A stretch of DNA of 61,602 bases, taken from contig JAYZAC010000099.1 in the NCBI GenBank assembly GCA_036339875.1, forward strand, positions 1 to 61,602, read 5' to 3'. The position numbers and the translations under genes are program-made. The notes beneath the pieces are model-generated. The model was not told the DNA's origin, did no database searches, and worked only from the letters and a program-made list of their open reading frames with translations. The first letter of the stretch is position 1; the number at the start of each line of letters is the position of its first letter. This document shows positions 47,146 through 56,972 of this stretch, in pieces. The stretch is from a bacterium (GTDB lineage: Bacteria > Muiribacteriota > UBA6191).

Positions 47146-48573
47146 TCAAACATATTTTTTTCGCTTGGAGGAAGATTGAATTCCCAACATTTCTCGATAT
47201 TTGGTTACGGTACGTCTCGCTACCTCGATTCCTCGTGCTTTCAAAAGATCAGATAAGACTTGATCACTTAAAGGTTTTTTAGGATTTTCTTCAGATATAG
47301 CCTGTTGAATAATTTCTTTGATCCGTAAAGTTGAAATCATCTCACCGTCATCCGAACGTAAACCACCGGTAAAAAAGAATTTAAGTTCAAAAACTCCGGA
47401 TGGAGTCTGCGCATATTTACCATTTACAACCCTTGAAACGGTTGCTTCATGTCGGTCAACACGGGATGCCACATCAGCTAATGTAAGCGGTTTAAGTCCT
47501 TTGACGCCATCATCAAAGAATTCTCTTTGGATTTCAAAAATACATTTTGCCACGGAAAAAATTGTTTCTCTACGTTTTTCAATACATTGCCTGAACCACA
47601 AGGCTTGATTTAATTTTTTGCGGAGGTAAGTCAACTCTTGTTTGTCTAAACCCTCTGCATTTTGAATCTTTTCTTGGTAGTAGCTATTTATACCAAGATT
47701 GGGGATATAACTATCATTTAAGTTGATTATAAGCTGATCTTCCTCAAAAGATACGAAAAGATCGGGAGTTATTATCTCAGCAGTACTAACCTCATGTAAG
47801 AATCCTGCAGCAGGTCTTGGATTTAAGCCACGTATAGCTTGAGCTGCTGTTGCAATTTGTTCAAAACTAGCTCCGGTCGAAAGACTAATATCTTTCATTC
47901 TATTATTTGCCAAATCTTCTAAATGATCTTCAAGAATACTTCTGATTAACGAATCATTTAACTCCTTTTGATGGTATTGAATCAACAGACATTCTCGTAA
48001 ATCGCGAGCTGCAATTCCCACGGGATCAAAACCCTGTATAAGAATCAAAACCCTTTCAACTTGATTAAAATCAACCATTAAACTATTTGCGATCTTGGAG
48101 ACTTCCTCACCCAGATATCCATTATGATCCAAACTGGCTATTATGTATGAGCCTATTCTACGCTCAATTGGAACGCTAGTACTCAAAAATAGTTGCTCAT
48201 CTAATATATCCTTAAGGTTTCTCCTACCTGCTACATATTCTTCAATCGAGGATTCCTCAGAACTAGTCCTTTGAGTGATGTAAGACCCAGAGTAGGTATC
48301 CTGACTTTCCGCAAAATACTTCTCAAAATCTTTAACATATTCTAATAATTGAGTTCGCTCTGTTTGAGGTTCCAAGTAGTCCTGCGAACCTTGGCTTTCC
48401 AACTGGGAAGGCACTTCGCCAACTTCAAGTACTGGGTTTTCCATCACCTCTTGCTCAATCATTTCATTTAACTGGACTTGATTGGCCTGCAAGACCTTAA
48501 CCGCCAATTGCAGTTGAGGTGTTAATTTCAGAGTTTGTACTTGTTTTAATGCAAGCTCTTGACTTAATTTCAT
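47146..48573 (-). CDS. rpoN: RNA polymerase sigma-54 factor
   Basis: The N-terminus MKLSQELALKQVQTLKLTPQLQLAVKVLQ is region I. The C-terminal RpoN box is ARRTVTKYRE. The start at 48573 lies 4 nt after the mutS2 stop (the ORF-track start at 48639 overlaps mutS2). Confidence 0.9.
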   Translation of the reverse strand: MKLSQELALKQVQTLKLTPQLQLAVKVLQANQVQLNEMIEQEVMENPVLEVGEVPSQLESQGSQDYLEPQTERTQLLEYVKDFEKYFAESQDTYSGSYITQRTSSEESSIEEYVAGRRNLKDILDEQLFLSTSVPIERRIGSYIIASLDHNGYLGEEVSKIANSLMVDFNQVERVLILIQGFDPVGIAARDLRECLLIQYHQKELNDSLIRSILEDHLEDLANNRMKDISLSTGASFEQIATAAQAIRGLNPRPAAGFLHEVSTAEIITPDLFVSFEEDQLIINLNDSYIPNLGINSYYQEKIQNAEGLDKQELTYLRKKLNQALWFRQCIEKRRETIFSVAKCIFEIQREFFDDGVKGLKPLTLADVASRVDRHEATVSRVVNGKYAQTPSGVFELKFFFTGGLRSDDGEMISTLRIKEIIQQAISEENPKKPLSDQVLSDLLKARGIEVARRTVTKYREMLGIQSSSKRKKYV

Positions 48574-48577
48574 AATT

Positions 48578-50938
48578 TCAATCGTAGCTAATAATGAAAG
48601 CACCTGGTCGCCGACTAACTGACCATTTATTTTCCCCATTATTTTTTGAGCAACCTCTCAAATAATCGAAAATAATATTCTCAAGAACGCCCTTCCCGGT
48701 GATGACTTTAATGCTAACCAAATTACCCAACAAAGCCTTATCCAAAAATTGATCTAACTCTACCAACGCGTCATCTGCGCTATAACCTCGTAAGTCAAGA
48801 CTCATCGAGGCTACTCCATCTACATCTATTTTTGATCTTGGCTTAACACTCTTAGATGATGATCCTTGATTTTTACTAACAAACTCTAAATCTTCGAGAG
48901 CCACCTCTATCTCCAACTGCCCCAATGTAATGAGAGCTTGAGATTTATCATGGTACACTTTTTGCACTATGCCTTTCTTATTATAGCCAATTAGCATCAC
49001 AGTGTCACCTTGGTCGATGTCACCATTAAGGCCAAACTTGCTATGATCTTTGATAATTTTTTGCTGAACTTTCTTTAATTTTTTTTGTTGACTAGACGCT
49101 ATTTGTTCGCGTCTTTTTCGATCTAATCTCTCTTGCTTCGATGAAGAATTATTCGGGTCATTGCCTACAGTTGAATTATCAGATAAATCACGAATTACCT
49201 TGTGAATTTTGCGACGCGAATTCCTTAAACTTTTCTGCAAAATACGTTCACGATCATTCTCAAATTTTTCCAAGTAATCTTGCGCTACTTCAATCAGTTT
49301 TTGCATGACTACCACTAATTGCTGACTCTGTTCTTGGAGAGATTCCAATTTCAACTGCTTCTTTTTTTGAGCTTGTAAGATTTTACTAAGTTGAAAGTGT
49401 TTTTTGCCCAATTTCTTACGAGCACTATTAATTATAAATGTAGGTAAATTAAAACGCTGCGCTAACTCAATGGCATAGCTATGTCCAGGCGTACCCATCA
49501 CAAGCTCAAAAGTTGGCTTGAGACTTTTATCATTAAAAACCATGGAAGCATTTTCGAAATAATTATTTGTCTGGGCTAACTGTTTCAACTGTCCAAAATG
49601 AGTTGTTATTAAAGCAAAAACGCCTATTTTCTGTAGATGACGGCAAATTTCCTCAGCTAAAATCTGACCTTCCATTGGGTCTGTAGCATTCATAATTTCA
49701 TCAACTAAAATTAAACTCTCTGAATCTGCTTTTTTAAATATTTTCCGCCATTGCTTTAAGCGAGCAGAAAAACTACTTAGGGAATCACTCAAACTTTGCT
49801 GATCTCCAAGATTAATTAATACTTTTGAAATTTTAGGCATGAAACAGCTTCTAGCGGGCACTCGCAAACCCAAAGCAGCATGCAAGACAATAACACCTAA
49901 AGTTTTCATACAGACCGTTTTACCGCCTGCATTTGGGCCCGATAAAATAACTATTCTACTCGGCGACAAAAGAGTAAAATTCTGAGCAACTGGCATATCG
50001 ATAGCAGGGTGCATCATTCCTAAAATTTCAAAATTCTCAGCATCGTATTGAGGTCTACATGAGTAAGTAAATGAATCCACATAACGCACTTTTGCCTGAC
50101 AAAAATCGAGCCATCTTGAAAGTTTAACCACTTCGATAATTTGTGAGGCAACGTCGAGGCACTGCAGAAAGAGATTTTGTACTATCCGATTAACTTCACT
50201 GAATTCAGCCTCTTGAAGCTTCATTAAATAATTGTTCGCCTGCATTAGAGGTTTGGGCTCGAAGTAAGTAGTTTGCCCACTTTTAGAGCGCCCATGCCGT
50301 ATACCATCAATACGACCACTGAAGTCGGTTTTCCACAGTAAAACCTGTCGACCCATGTGTTCTACATGAATTGGCTCCTGCAACATCGATTGATATTTTG
50401 GATCGCGAATTAATTCTTCTGCTAATCTATGATTCAAACGAATTTGAGAACTTATTTTTTTACGAATATTTGCTAGATCACTGCTCGCTCTGTTCAGAAC
50501 CTCACAACCTTCTCCGAAAACTTTATAAATCTCATCATTTAATTCCAGGACCTGATCATTCGGAAGTATCAAATGATTCCTTAGTATATTATCCAAGGGA
50601 AGTTCTTTGATAAAATTTATATATTTTTCTAAATCTCTACCCCATTGAATTAATTGCTCTTGGCTAACCTGAGTTCGCCGTTCCTCCAATGCAGATAAAC
50701 CATCATTTGTAGTTTCTGAAAAGGGAAAAGTAATACCTTGAGATAATAAATCAGATGATGCATCTAAAAGATTCAATCTTGATTCAATAGTACTAGGCTC
50801 AAATAGAGGTTTCCATGTTTTTACCAAATCAATAGCTGTAACACTTTTTAAATAGCCGCAAAAACGTTCGAAGAAAAACTTTCCGTCCAACTCCTTGGGT
50901 ATTGCCCAGTCAATAGGATATTCAGATCTCATTGCCAT
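48578..50938 (-). CDS. mutS2: endonuclease MutS2 (MutS ATPase plus C-terminal Smr domain)
   Basis: Walker A LSGPNAGGKT, Walker B ILVDEI, and the Smr block LDLRGYSADDALVELDQFLDKA. Confidence 0.9.
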   Translation of the reverse strand: MAMRSEYPIDWAIPKELDGKFFFERFCGYLKSVTAIDLVKTWKPLFEPSTIESRLNLLDASSDLLSQGITFPFSETTNDGLSALEERRTQVSQEQLIQWGRDLEKYINFIKELPLDNILRNHLILPNDQVLELNDEIYKVFGEGCEVLNRASSDLANIRKKISSQIRLNHRLAEELIRDPKYQSMLQEPIHVEHMGRQVLLWKTDFSGRIDGIRHGRSKSGQTTYFEPKPLMQANNYLMKLQEAEFSEVNRIVQNLFLQCLDVASQIIEVVKLSRWLDFCQAKVRYVDSFTYSCRPQYDAENFEILGMMHPAIDMPVAQNFTLLSPSRIVILSGPNAGGKTVCMKTLGVIVLHAALGLRVPARSCFMPKISKVLINLGDQQSLSDSLSSFSARLKQWRKIFKKADSESLILVDEIMNATDPMEGQILAEEICRHLQKIGVFALITTHFGQLKQLAQTNNYFENASMVFNDKSLKPTFELVMGTPGHSYAIELAQRFNLPTFIINSARKKLGKKHFQLSKILQAQKKKQLKLESLQEQSQQLVVVMQKLIEVAQDYLEKFENDRERILQKSLRNSRRKIHKVIRDLSDNSTVGNDPNNSSSKQERLDRKRREQIASSQQKKLKKVQQKIIKDHSKFGLNGDIDQGDTVMLIGYNKKGIVQKVYHDKSQALITLGQLEIEVALEDLEFVSKNQGSSSKSVKPRSKIDVDGVASMSLDLRGYSADDALVELDQFLDKALLGNLVSIKVITGKGVLENIIFDYLRGCSKNNGENKWSVSRRPGAFIISYD

Positions 50939-51026
50939 ATTTTATAATCTTTTTAAAGATAGTTCATTGGATGATACAGAAACAGATCTTTATTAAATTT
51001 TAGTTCTATGACATCCTCCAGTTAGC

Positions 51027-52013
51027 ATGCAAAATTTCAAGAATTATCATCGTATCAGTATAGCGCCAATGATGGATTGCACCGATCGATATTGCCGCTA
51101 TTTCCATCGTAGTCTTACTAAAAATGCCCTACTGTATACCGAAATGGTGGTTGCTCGCACAATCATTGAAGCCCATAAACGAGGTGACTTGTCTAAATAT
51201 TTAGCTTTCGACCCTTTCGAAAAGCCCCTTGTTCTTCAATTGGGAGGTAGTGACCCCAGAGAGCTTGCAGAAGCCTCGAAAATAGCCATGCAATATGATT
51301 ATGATGAGATAAACCTCAACGTTGGTTGTCCTTCCGATCGAGTACAATCAGGACGTTTCGGAGTATGTCTTATGAAGCAACCTGAAATAGTCGCCGACTG
51401 TATGCATGCTATCCGTGAATCTGTTGATATACCACTCTCAGTAAAAACAAGAATTGGTGTCGATGAACACGATACTGAAGAATTCCTAACAAGATTTATT
51501 GACATTGTCTCGAAAGCGGGAGTCCTGAACTTCATTATTCATGCCCGAAAAGCTTGGCTTAAAGGATTAAATCCTGCTCAGAATCGTAATATTCCGCCCC
51601 TAGATTACAATCGCGTATATACTATGAAAAATAGGTTTCCGGATCTAAAAATCGAACTGAATGGCGGAATTAAAGATCTACAGCAATGTCAATCTCATTT
51701 GGGTCAACTTGATGGGGTTATGCTTGGTCGAGCAGCCTATGAAAATCCTTGGATTCTAAGTAAAGTAGATTCTCTAATTTTTAATGATAAAGATCCGTGT
51801 GATTCTCGAGAAGATCTGCTACGAAGTCTATTTCAATTTTGTAATAAATTATCATCAACAGGAATTCGTCTCCATAATTTAGCTCGTCATATGAGTGGTC
51901 TATATAAGGGCGAGTCGAGGGCTAAACGTTGGAGAATAAAAATACAAGAATTACTTAAAAAAGATCCTCATGACGCTGAATTTCTCAATAAGAGTATGGA
52001 AGTATTCCACTAA
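51027..52013 (+). CDS. dusA: tRNA-dihydrouridine(20/20a) synthase
   Basis: ISIAPMMDCTDRYCRYFHR, NLNVGCPS and VKTRIG motifs are typical of DusA. Confidence 0.9.
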   Translation: MQNFKNYHRISIAPMMDCTDRYCRYFHRSLTKNALLYTEMVVARTIIEAHKRGDLSKYLAFDPFEKPLVLQLGGSDPRELAEASKIAMQYDYDEINLNVGCPSDRVQSGRFGVCLMKQPEIVADCMHAIRESVDIPLSVKTRIGVDEHDTEEFLTRFIDIVSKAGVLNFIIHARKAWLKGLNPAQNRNIPPLDYNRVYTMKNRFPDLKIELNGGIKDLQQCQSHLGQLDGVMLGRAAYENPWILSKVDSLIFNDKDPCDSREDLLRSLFQFCNKLSSTGIRLHNLARHMSGLYKGESRAKRWRIKIQELLKKDPHDAEFLNKSMEVFH

Positions 52014-52024
52014 TTTTGATACTA

Positions 52025-53569
52025 CTAACTCGTTTCTTCATGAGACATCTGCACCTCTATCTCAGAAATACAACTTGATAACTTTCCCAGATTGACAGGT
52101 GTTAACAAATGTTTCACGTTTTGTTTTTTACAATACTCATGAAAGTCCTCGTGCTCTGTGGAGCAACTTAAAATGATTATCGGAAAATATTTACCTTGAT
52201 TGGCTCTCAATTTAATAACACAATCTTTCACCAAATCAAGCCCCAAACCAGAATGTAGAATTACCAAGCTGAAAGTCTCGGAATCAATAATTGAACTCAA
52301 ATCTTTAGCTGTCTGAACAGCTTTAATCTGACAGCCCTGTAAAGATAGATAGTCAATAAGCTCATCTGACTCTGTAACTTCAGATGAAGCTATTAAGTAC
52401 CGAAAAGGCTCTGCATTGAGTCTTCTTATTCTAAAGAATGGCTCATATTCATTAACTTGCTGTTCTTTGCTTGCAACTATCGGAACTTTCCATGTCACCT
52501 TCGTACCTTTTCCAACTTTGGATTGCAATGAAATAGAACCTCCTGAACAATCTGCTATTGCCTCTGCAAGTGATAATCCTAATCCAGCAAAATTTCTTTT
52601 ATCACTAATTAACTCTCCACCAAGTGAGCCCTTGGTTGTGTAAAAAGGATCGAAAACATAAGCTAAATTTTGAGGTGCTATTCCGCGTCCATTATCCTCA
52701 AAAGTAATTTCAACAAATTCACTCTCCTTGTGAATCGATAATTCAATTTTTGTACTTCGATTATCCTCTAAGTTAAAGAATGAATCCATTGAATTGGCAA
52801 GCAACTGCTTTAGAACCATGAAAAAATTTGAATCGCTAATTTGTAAAAACATATCGAGCTTAAAATTACTTTTAACTGAAAAATCTACGGAGTCAAACAT
52901 AGTTTTTTTTGATATTTGATCTCTAAAATCATCCATTAATTCATCAAGATTTCGAGAAGAAATAACCGTAAAACCTTGCATATACAGCTGGCTGATATCT
53001 CTTATTAATGAAGTCGCTCTTTGAACGGTTCTTTGCATAGATTGTAAACTTTGTAAATGTTTAGGGTCGCTAATAGAATTACTTAAGATTTCTAAGCCGC
53101 CCTGTAAAATCATTAAATGGTTATTAAATTCATGATTGAATCCACTGATTAGAAGTTTCATGGATTTCATTTTTCGTTTTCGAACATGATTCTTACTAAT
53201 CTCATAACGTTGCGCCATATTATCCAATCTTGAGATTAATTCATCATAATTTGGCGGCTTCATCATGAAATCATCAGCACCATTGGTGAGACATTCTTTA
53301 AGACTTAACTCCTTTTCAATTCCAGATAATATCATTATTGGAATGAACTCAAACCTAGGAGTATTACGTAAAAATTTTATAATACTCAAACCTGAAACAT
53401 CGGGCATCATTACATCCAGAACAACTATGTCTGGAACACTATCTTGAATAGCGTTTGTAAAATCTGAGTAGTTGTTAACAGTGGTTATTTGATATTTTTT
53501 ACAAAGTTTTTTTCGAAACAGTTCGGTCGATGTCACATCATCATCTAGATAAAGAATCTTAACTGTCAT
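52025..53569 (-). CDS. hybrid signalling protein: receiver, histidine kinase, and a degenerate C-terminal receiver-like domain
   Basis: The N-terminal REC has LYLDDD...VVLDVMMPDVSG...K. H-box is FNHEFNNHL. HATPase motifs are DNGRGI and GLGLSLA. The C-terminal domain has LVILHSGLG where the phospho-Asp would be. Confidence 0.85.
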   Translation of the reverse strand: MTVKILYLDDDVTSTELFRKKLCKKYQITTVNNYSDFTNAIQDSVPDIVVLDVMMPDVSGLSIIKFLRNTPRFEFIPIMILSGIEKELSLKECLTNGADDFMMKPPNYDELISRLDNMAQRYEISKNHVRKRKMKSMKLLISGFNHEFNNHLMILQGGLEILSNSISDPKHLQSLQSMQRTVQRATSLIRDISQLYMQGFTVISSRNLDELMDDFRDQISKKTMFDSVDFSVKSNFKLDMFLQISDSNFFMVLKQLLANSMDSFFNLEDNRSTKIELSIHKESEFVEITFEDNGRGIAPQNLAYVFDPFYTTKGSLGGELISDKRNFAGLGLSLAEAIADCSGGSISLQSKVGKGTKVTWKVPIVASKEQQVNEYEPFFRIRRLNAEPFRYLIASSEVTESDELIDYLSLQGCQIKAVQTAKDLSSIIDSETFSLVILHSGLGLDLVKDCVIKLRANQGKYFPIIILSCSTEHEDFHEYCKKQNVKHLLTPVNLGKLSSCISEIEVQMSHEETS

Positions 53570-53598
53570 AATTTTCTAACATTCGGATTTTTTCTACA

Positions 53599-54618
53599 TC
53601 ATCGAGTAAACTCACCAATGTGACCATTTGCATTCCACAATACTGATAAACCTCGATATTCCTCACGATTTTCAAATCTCTCGACTAACTTTGTATTCGG
53701 CTGAACTCCAGCAAACAAGTCGAAGTAGGGATTGGTTCTGTCACCGGATAAGAAAAATCTAAATCGAAAAGAGTAATTTGTCTCGGATTTTATTATCCTA
53801 CGATCAAGTTCCGCATAAACATTACCTAAGTTCAGCTTTGAAGTACCTAATTCAAAATCTACAAAAACTACTGACTTTGTTCCTATCTTTTTCACTTTCT
53901 CCGAGACAACATGATATTTAACCTTTTGAGAAGAGTTAATCATCGCAACCTGTGGAACGATCATACCCTCTCCACTGTTAACTTGCTTATATTGCCCCCA
54001 CCACATGGCAATAGTTAGGCAAGCTAATGCACTCATACCCAAACTTACTCGTTTCAGAAAAGCCGAATGCATTCCTATATCAATCGGAGTATTTACACTC
54101 TGCTTCAGTTTTAGTTGTTTCAAGGTAGTATCATTGGGCTTTAGATCTACGTTTTTCGACTGATTAATAATGTCTATTTTTCTAAATTCAGAATTTTCTA
54201 CTTCCTTTTGTATTTTGGGTGCTTCAGCTAAATCAATATTTACATTACTTTTGTCGGCTTTCAAAGAATCAGGCAGATCTAAATCAAATCCGTACTTTTT
54301 ATCGGTTTTATTTGACTCGGTACGTTTTAACAAAGCACTATTATTAGAAGTGTTAATTCTCTTAAATGTCTCGTTTTTTAATCCGGAAGCAGCCTTGCTA
54401 CCATGGCTAACTCTCAGTTGGCTCTCCGCATTGCGATTATTTGCGTAATTTTCTTGAGCCTCCGAACTTACTTGAATATCCTCATTCTCAACAGATTTTT
54501 TCCCAGGAATCTGAACTAAACTTGGTCTATCAGTAATATTTTCATTATTAGAACTAGCAGTAGTCTCGGGAGAGTCGCAATGCTTTAATTTTCGATTTTT
54601 CTTTAATTGACGTTTCAC
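53599..54618 (-). CDS. hypothetical single-pass membrane protein
   Basis: It has a low-complexity N-terminal half, one TM segment (ALACLTIAMWW) and a C-terminal domain of about 110 aa. No motif is recognised. Confidence 0.6.
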   Translation of the reverse strand: MKRQLKKNRKLKHCDSPETTASSNNENITDRPSLVQIPGKKSVENEDIQVSSEAQENYANNRNAESQLRVSHGSKAASGLKNETFKRINTSNNSALLKRTESNKTDKKYGFDLDLPDSLKADKSNVNIDLAEAPKIQKEVENSEFRKIDIINQSKNVDLKPNDTTLKQLKLKQSVNTPIDIGMHSAFLKRVSLGMSALACLTIAMWWGQYKQVNSGEGMIVPQVAMINSSQKVKYHVVSEKVKKIGTKSVVFVDFELGTSKLNLGNVYAELDRRIIKSETNYSFRFRFFLSGDRTNPYFDLFAGVQPNTKLVERFENREEYRGLSVLWNANGHIGEFTR

Positions 54619-54804
54619 ATTTCTCCCATCATTCCATGCTTTATAAATTAACTAAGCTAAAGTAAGTATTTGAATCTAAATCGACCAACTCTTTACAGAC
54701 TTAAATACAACAGATCAAAGTCGAAAGATATTCAATTAATTAAAAGCTCCACTACCAGCATCAATTGAGAATTTGAAATACTGACTTCGGTTTATCTATT
54801 TGCT

Positions 54805-55866
54805 ATGCTGACGGTTATGCAGAATACAACTTTACTCGTTACAGGGGCATGCGGGCTAATCGGCTCTGCTATGGTCAAATCTCTTCATAAGCAATTCAAT
54901 TTAGTCGTTGGTGTGGACAACAATCAACGCTCTAAATTTTTCGGATCTCATGGCGACACGTCTGACATCCGACAATTTTTGATAGAAAATATTGACAACT
55001 ATAAACACAGTGACCTTGATATTCGTAATCGAGATGGAGTCCTGAAACTGATCAAAGAAACCCAACCTTCAGCTTTGATTCACTGTGCGGCCCAACCTAG
55101 CCATGATCTTGCGGCTAATATTCCGTTTGAAGATTTTGAAATTAATGCTTTATCCACCTTGAATTTACTTGAGGCCACAAGACAATTTGCTCCAAATACT
55201 AATTTCATATTCCTCTCAACCAACAAAGTTTATGGAGACCATCCTAATTTACTACCTCTAAAAGAACTTGAAACTCGTTTTGAATATGCCTTGAAGATAA
55301 ACGAAAATGGGATTGACGAAACGATGAATATCGATCAGTGCACACATTCGCTTTTCGGCGTAAGCAAGGTAGCTGCAGATTTACTCGTACAAGAGTATGG
55401 CAGGAATTTTGGAATGTCTACAGTTTGTCTTCGAGGCGGCTGTTTAACGGGCCCTGCGCATCGAGGCGCAAAGCTTCATGGCTTTCTTAGTTACCTTGGA
55501 AGGTGTATTGCCAAAGATATGAAATACACCATTTTTGGTTATAAAGGTAAACAAGTGCGAGACAATATTCATTGTGATGACGTTGCAAACTTAGTACGCC
55601 TAATAATAGATAAACCGGTCAGAGGAGAGGTTTTTAATCTAGGTGGGGGTTCCGAAAACTCTTGTAGTATGCTAGAAGCAATACAAGCTTTTGAGACAAT
55701 TTCCGGACGTAAATTAAGGTATCAGTATGACGATAAACACCGAACTGGGGATCACATTTGTTATTACTCGAATTTATCCAAATTAAAGTCGGCATATCCT
55801 AGTTGGAGAATAGAAAAAAGTTTGGAAAAAATTTACGAGGAAATTTATAAATCTTGGATTGATTAG
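54805..55866 (+). CDS. extended-SDR NAD-dependent epimerase/dehydratase (CDP-paratose-2-epimerase-like) with FxxxK in place of YxxxK
   Basis: TGACGLIG, STNKVYGD, then LFGVSK (TTC at 55354-55356), where the family has Y-x-x-x-K. Confidence 0.8.
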   Translation: MLTVMQNTTLLVTGACGLIGSAMVKSLHKQFNLVVGVDNNQRSKFFGSHGDTSDIRQFLIENIDNYKHSDLDIRNRDGVLKLIKETQPSALIHCAAQPSHDLAANIPFEDFEINALSTLNLLEATRQFAPNTNFIFLSTNKVYGDHPNLLPLKELETRFEYALKINENGIDETMNIDQCTHSLFGVSKVAADLLVQEYGRNFGMSTVCLRGGCLTGPAHRGAKLHGFLSYLGRCIAKDMKYTIFGYKGKQVRDNIHCDDVANLVRLIIDKPVRGEVFNLGGGSENSCSMLEAIQAFETISGRKLRYQYDDKHRTGDHICYYSNLSKLKSAYPSWRIEKSLEKIYEEIYKSWID

Positions 55867-55892
55867 TGCACCACAGCTAAAGTAGATAAACT

Positions 55893-56969
55893 TTATGTAT
55901 TGAAAATAGGGCCTAGTGAATCGGTATTGTCATTTAACCACTTGTAGGTATCCTCTACCACCGTCTGTATAGAATATTGCGGATTCCAGCCTAGCGATTC
56001 ATAACTCGACTTACCATCTAAAAGCAAAATTGGAACATCATTTTTGTGAGTCTGACTAATCGATTCAATAAGAACATTATGACCGGAAATTTGTTGAGCC
56101 ATTTTGGTCAATTCCATTAAAGATATACTATTTTTCATTCCTCCAGCAACTTGATAAAGACTTTGTTTACCAACTTCAGCCATCACTCTAATAATGGACT
56201 CTACAGCATCTTTGATATGCAATACTCCACGCACCTGTTTACCACTGCCCCCAAATCCAAAATACTTTAAAGGCTTTTGGTACATATGAGCTGCCAACCA
56301 ATAAGTTAAAAATCCCTGATCAACTTTACCCATTTGCCAAGGTCCTGCAATGACACCAAATCTTATGCTACTGGCTTCTAGACCGTAGGTGCAAACGTAC
56401 TCCTCCACTAACATCTCAGCAGCTAATTTACTTGAACCATAAAGTGAACGATATCCACCAAATGTTGGAGTTTCAATCCCTAAACCCTCGTAAGTTCTAT
56501 AAGACTCATTATCTCTTGGAGAACACCATTTCAAACGCGTTTGATCTGCCACTGTAGGAATCTCTTGTAACAAGGCTACGGGATATACCCGAGAGGTTGA
56601 GATGAACAAAAACTTTGCCTTGTTTATCCTAGCCCATTCTAGACAATTTATAGCTCCTAATAAATTAGTATCGAGTAAATACTGGGGTGAACCATTCATA
56701 CCAGCTTGAACACTAGGCTCCGCCGAACATTCTATTAAACATTCAGCGCTAAGATTCTTCCATTCTTTGGGGCTTCTCACATCAGCTTGAATAAATTCAA
56801 TACCAGCTTTTTCTAAACGAGGTAACTGTAAATGGGACCCATTTCTTATTAAATTATCCAAGCAAATTACACGACACTCAGGTCTTAAATTCTTGATAGC
56901 AAGAGCAAGACTCGATCCTAGAAAGCCAGCTCCTCCTGTTATTAAGACACTTTCGAAATTAATTTCCAT
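55893..56969 (-). CDS. extended-SDR NAD-dependent epimerase/dehydratase
   Basis: It carries the nucleotide-binding motif GGAGFLG, the STSRVY block and the catalytic YGSSK. Confidence 0.85.
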   Translation of the reverse strand: MEINFESVLITGGAGFLGSSLALAIKNLRPECRVICLDNLIRNGSHLQLPRLEKAGIEFIQADVRSPKEWKNLSAECLIECSAEPSVQAGMNGSPQYLLDTNLLGAINCLEWARINKAKFLFISTSRVYPVALLQEIPTVADQTRLKWCSPRDNESYRTYEGLGIETPTFGGYRSLYGSSKLAAEMLVEEYVCTYGLEASSIRFGVIAGPWQMGKVDQGFLTYWLAAHMYQKPLKYFGFGGSGKQVRGVLHIKDAVESIIRVMAEVGKQSLYQVAGGMKNSISLMELTKMAQQISGHNVLIESISQTHKNDVPILLLDGKSSYESLGWNPQYSIQTVVEDTYKWLNDNTDSLGPIFNT

Positions 56970-56972
56970 AAA

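Noticed and set aside
50939-51100. A dusA 5' end or ssrA 3' end as an occupied genomic-island integration site.
   Set aside because: There is no integrase, excision gene pair or duplicated target segment next to either locus within the window. dusA looks full-length with an intact conserved N-terminus.
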